Shown here: one piece after another, positions 59,651-64,000 of the stretch
Layout of the letters: each line of letters starts with the position of its first letter
Numbering within the stretch: position 1 is the first letter of the stretch
Assembly: GCA_977016875.1 (NCBI GenBank)
Contig: CDRNST010000054.1
Location: 1,302,001 to 1,366,000, forward strand
Direction: 5' to 3'
Length of the DNA stretch: 64,000 nt
Source of the DNA: Pavona decussata
Taxonomy: Eukaryota
Translations under genes and position numbers: made by a program
Notes under the pieces: model-generated
Databases searched by the model: none
What the model was told of the DNA's origin: nothing
Seen by the model: only the letters and a program-made list of their open reading frames with translations

Positions 59651-62600
59651 ATGGATTTTTTGCAGTTACAGTGCGACCCACGAACTGATTTAATATCTCT
59701 GAAGAAACATCTTGACCAAGGTTTCGGCGAGGAAAAACAAAGCTACTGTAAATCTCTCTCCAACAAATACGATCAAGTTTCCCGTTGGATAAAACAAAAG
59801 GCGTCAATCGAAGATCCAGGAATGATCGACAAGGATGAGGTCGGCCAAACACTTATTCCTGAGGACATTATTTTGGAAGATGAAACTAGCGGATTTCTTG
59901 CTTGCAAGACGACTGGAGATGGCGATTGTTTTTTACACTCCGCCTCACGTATTCTGGTCGGTGATCAGTCCTTGTCTCATTTCTTCGACTGTTAACCACT
60001 CTTGAGCTTTACATCAATAGCGATTTCTACTCTCAGCACTCCGCTTTTCAAGAGTATTTAAATGCTGGTATAGCCAATAGTTATGATGAACAAACACTGT
60101 TCACCATGTGTTTGACTGCTGGTGGAATGGCTTCCTGGGATGGCAAGGATCGGATTAAAGCGATAAGAGCAGAGGCAAATAGTGGTTGCAAGGAGAGAGT
60201 GTGGTGTGGTGTGGTATGTTTCACATAATGGCACTCACCAGCGTCTTGGGAAGGCCACAGTATTCAGTATATCCGAACGTAGGCAGTCGAATAAGGGACT
60301 TTCTTCACAGAAAGATTCTCCCACGCACTTTGAATGAGGGGCACAAAGCACTGTTTGCATTATTTGGTCACGAGATGGAAGTCTAAATACAACTCCTGGG
60401 AACTGGTACGAACCTAACCATTTTTCAGGATCTCTCATAAACCGTCAGACTCAAAGTCAAAGACACCTGAATCGTCCCGAAATGTAGCTAACCCCAAGCC
60501 ATCTCTCATAAAGAAAGGGACAACAAAGGGAACTATCACCAGTTATTTCTCAAGTGAAGTGGGGCAGCACCAAAAAGTGATCAAGAGACCACGTTATGAG
60601 GTGAAATCGCCAAGTTACTGGGATAACTCTGCAAGTGTGAAGAAAAGTAAGTTGGGTGTCACTGTGGATAACTCTGAAACTCTGATGAAGACTGATAGCG
60701 CGAAGACATCATCAAGAAATTTGACTTGTGCTACATTTGAAAAGTGGAAGGGCGAAGACTTAGGTAATTTTCAGGCAGAGTCGTGGCTAACCTACGATAG
60801 CGAAAAAACTAGCAAGGGAAATTATTGTTCTGCATTGAAATGCAAGATATGCACTCAGTTTGTGCCCATGATCAAGAACAGACCGAAGTTCTTAAGAGTA
60901 TTTATCGATGGTTCAACCAACTTTAGACTTACAAGTGTGGTAGACCATGCTAAACCGGATATCCACAAGATAGCATTTTCTCTTTACAATAAGCAGACAG
61001 AGGAAACGTCATTGGCAGCAGAGGAAAATCAACAAAGGTTGGATTTTAATCTTAACTCACAACAGGTTGAAGACCTTAAAAAGAAATTTGACGTTTCCTA
61101 CTTTGTGGTTAAAGAAGAACTGCCGCTCTCAAAATATGAGAATTTAATCGCGCTCGAAAAAAGGCACGGTGTTCCGCATGGGACGGTGTACTCTAACCGA
61201 CAGCGGCGACAGAGTTTATATCCTTTCAGGCAAACGAATTTCTTACCAAGCTATCGAAGGACATTTCTCAGTCAAAGTTTTATTGCGTCTTAGTTGACTC
61301 AACCACTGACAATGCTGTTGCAGAACAGGAGGCAGTATTTGTCCTTTACTTCGATCCTGCTCCAAATGAACCCCAATTAACTAATGACTCAGAGCCAATG
61401 ATTAAAGTAAAGACAGGGTTCCGGTCAATACAAAACTTACGAAGTTCGGATGCCCAGGGAGTACTAGCTGCACTGAAGATGTCACTTAAAAACATCGTCA
61501 CTTGATGTCACTTGAAAACAAGTACAAGCTTTCTTTAAGAAAGAATTTCCTTGGTCCGTTTTTTCATGGTGTGTGGCCCATCGATTAGAACTTGCCCTAA
61601 AAGATGCTCTTAGCAATACATATTTCAAAGAGGTCGACGAACTATTGTTGAGGTTGTATCACTTGTATGAGAACAGCCCAAAGAGGCTGAGAGGGCTTTA
61701 CGAACTCCATACTGCATACAAGCAGACCTTTGAATTTGAAGAGGGTTCTGTGAAACCGAAGAGAGCCACTGGTACCAGATGGATCAGCCACAAGCTTGGT
61801 GCTTTAAAGATTCTAGTTGACAAGCTTGGTTTATTTATTCAACATTTGGAAACATTAAGCTGTGACAAATCCGTAAAACCAACCGACCAAGCAAAGTTGA
61901 AAGGCTACCTAAGAAAATGGAAAAGTGGTAAGCTGTTCGTCTACTCTTGTTTCTTTGTTGATCTGTTACAACCAGCAGCTGTTCTTAGCTAGGCATTTCA
62001 AGTTGAAGATGTCAATGCTGTGACAGTTTCGCTTGCCATTTCAAAAGCAAAGAAACAGCTTAACAATGTTCAGAAGAAAGAAGTAGACAAGCTCCAGACA
62101 CTTAGGCACTACTTGGACAAGATTGACAGTGACAAATATCAAGGTGTAGAGCTTCCAAACTTGGAAACAGCTATGACAAATTTGAAGGAACATGCTGCAT
62201 CTTTTGTGCAGTTGCTGCAAAATGCAATAGAAATTCGCCTTAGTGGAAGTAGTGACATAGCAACAATGGCAGATATCCTGAATTGCGAGGCATGCTACTG
62301 CAAAAGCAGTGGAAACGAGTCCATGGATCAGGTCATTCTGGGTCACCTTTGCCACTTTCAAGAACCTCTCCGACAGCAAGGACTCCAGTCATCACAAATC
62401 GAAGTGCTTAACGAATGGCATGACATGCTTGACTACACTGTAAAGTATTTGTCACCATCATGCCATCATTACAGAGCGACATGGTTTAAAATTTTCCACT
62501 CTTCAAGAAGTTTTCAATGGCAAAACATTTTGCTGCTGACTCGTTTATTGTTTCGCGTTCCTGTATCTAATGCTGTGTTGATAAGGTTCTTCAGCAGTTT

Positions 62601-62892
62601 CGGACGAGCGATGAGCGTAAAGAGAGCTTCACTCTCCCAACAAACTCTTGAAGATATCTTAAGGATTCAGGCTGAGGGGCCACCGATGGAGAGCTATGAC
62701 CCTACCAATGCCATCAAGGAGTGGGACAGGGCGAAAAGAAGACGGCCAAATCAGACAAAAAGGAAAGCCTACAAAAAAAGGGTCCCGACAAAACGCCTTC
62801 ATCTCAACGAAGATTCTTCTGATGAACGTTCGTCAGAAGAATCGTCTGAGGAGGGTCTTTTAAGTGTGACGCCAGTGAAGACTGATCAGTGA
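59651..62892 (+). pseudogene. Frameshifted vertnin/OTU-like domain + Zn finger + ZNF862-like hAT transposase
   Basis: OTU-like motifs are KTTGDGDCFLHSAS, WCGMFHIMALTSVLGRP..SVYP and EPNHF. The Zn finger is CKIC..H..H. Transposase motifs are VDSTTD, WCVAHRLELALKD, TGTRW and PVSNA..RFFS. There are several frameshifts and stops and a rearranged junction at ~61480-61520. Confidence 0.8.
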
Positions 62893-63183
62893 ACTGATAC
62901 AACTGTTACAGCTCCTGTCTGTGATTAATTGTGCGCAATTAAATCAGTGAAATAAGTTGTTTTGTTGAGTTCTTAATTTTGCTCTTTCACTTGGAATTTT
63001 TTTTGTCCGACCAGATTGTTAGCTTGTCAGGTCAGGTCTGGTCTCCGACCTGACAAATGACCTGCCTATGAAAAAAAATTATTTGCAGCCTTGAAATGCG
63101 ACTACATAACCGCCAGTGTATCATACTTTCCCTCAATATTTTTTAAATCTCGCCGCGATTGTTTTTACAAGAAAGTGACTTGC

Positions 63184-63208
63184 CTTCATCCCCGGCTTGA
63201 TCCGACAT
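63184..63208 (-). CDS. GREB1-like: Predicted start-codon exon of GREB1-like copy 3 (MSDQAGDE-G)
   Basis: AAAAAGATG TCG GAT CAA GCC GGG GAT GAA G|GCAAGT. The intron downstream of it contains the 4.2-kb hAT element. Confidence 0.62.
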
Positions 63209-63650
63209 CTTTTTCAGGCTGATGAATACTCACGATGGACAGCGCTGAAAATGAAAGGAAATGAATGAATGAATTAAATAATACGAGGCAATTGCATGTT
63301 ATAGCTAGCGACCCGTTTTGTTACGGCTTTGCATGCTTTTCAAATCATTCTGTTTTGCAACGAAAACATGTAAGGAATTATGAGGAAACCTTAATTCATA
63401 AGCTTCTGTAGTTTCTTTAGGCTTCTTAGCCAATTTAACTTTAAGATATATCTGGCCATAAGAATACAATTTGGCAGATGAGAACGTTACACTGTCAAAA
63501 TATTTTAAATTATTAGAGGCGTTTGTTGTGGCTATATAAAATTATTTTGCAGCACCAGCTACGCGTTCCATGTATCTTTCCGAGCTATTTTTCGCGTTTT
63601 CTATTCGTTACTGAAAACCACAGCTGGTACACCATACATTTGTAGGATAA

Positions 63651-64000
63651 CAGGGGCGTAGCCAGGATTTCTAGGAGAGGGGTTCCAAATTGGTTCCAAC
63701 GAAAACAGTTGGTCTAAAATCCTTACATTACGTACATACAAGACTTTGGCGTTTACGCTACGCAAACAGAAGACGCCTTGGTTGCCGTTGAGCGAACGTG
63801 TTTATCACTTCCTCGATATTTATGTCTCGGTGGTAATTGATGTTCATCAACGCCAGCCCAGACTCTCGCTCGCTTGACATGGTCGACCTCAGGTATGTTT
63901 TTAACCTTCTTAGTGTACCGAATAAGCGCTCACATTCAGCTGACGTTATCGGCAATGTGCACAAAATGCAGATCAAGGTGTGGATGTTAGGAAAGAACTC
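63651..64000 (-). mobile_element. 3' end of a second hAT transposon (ZMYM1/PRKRIR-like transposase), truncated by window end
   Basis: The terminus CAGGGGCGTAGCCAGG interrupts unit-3 collinearity. The ORF 63758..>64000 (FPNIHTLICILCTLPITSAECERLFGTLRRLKTYLRSTMSSER) is the hAT C-terminal dimerisation domain. Confidence 0.85.

Larger units (their letters stand above)
58905..63093 (+). mobile_element. hAT-superfamily DNA transposon with 5-bp TSD (hAT5-like)
   Basis: 15-bp TIR CAAGGCTGCAAATAA/TTATTTGCAGCCTTG and TSD AAATG (58900-58904 and 63094-63098). The empty site GAAATGCGACTAC is present in units 1 and 2. Confidence 0.88.
48186..64000. repeat. Tandem segmental duplication unit 3 (runs off window end)
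   Basis: Collinear with units 1 and 2, interrupted by hAT insertions at 58905 and 63651. Confidence 0.9.

Noticed and set aside
5540-64000. Tandem copies as an assembly or haplotype artefact
   Set aside because: The copies differ by many substitutions, indels and distinct TE insertions with clean TSDs, consistent with real paralogues.

Overview
Eukaryotic, AT-rich, intron-containing DNA. The repeat families and gene content suggest a cnidarian such as a stony coral (inference). The window opens with the last two exons of a prenylcysteine oxidase (PCYOX1-like) gene. From ~5540 to the end it is a head-to-tail tandem array of three duplication units of ~16-24 kb. Each unit carries an intact ~2290-aa minus-strand GREB1-like gene. 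Its architecture is a circularly permuted SF2 helicase with intact DExH, SAT, motif V/VI and a C-terminally displaced Walker A, an inserted beta-trefoil-like module, a TAGT/base-J-glucosyltransferase-like GT-A domain, a low-complexity linker and ankyrin repeats. It is encoded by one ~6.8-kb exon plus a predicted 25-nt start exon joined by a GC-AG intron. The units hold different young insertions. Unit 1 has a 6.8-kb IS3EU-type DNA transposon (TATGG..CCATA ends, ~513-bp TIRs, 6-bp TSD) carrying an intact alpha-kinase gene convergent with a spliced, disabled DDE transposase, and an internally deleted Gypsy LTR element. Unit 3 has a 5-bp-TSD hAT element whose decayed transposase region begins with a vertnin/OTU-like domain, plus the end of a second hAT. 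Several MITEs and LINE fragments are also present. All family assignments come from motif recognition by eye; no searches were run.
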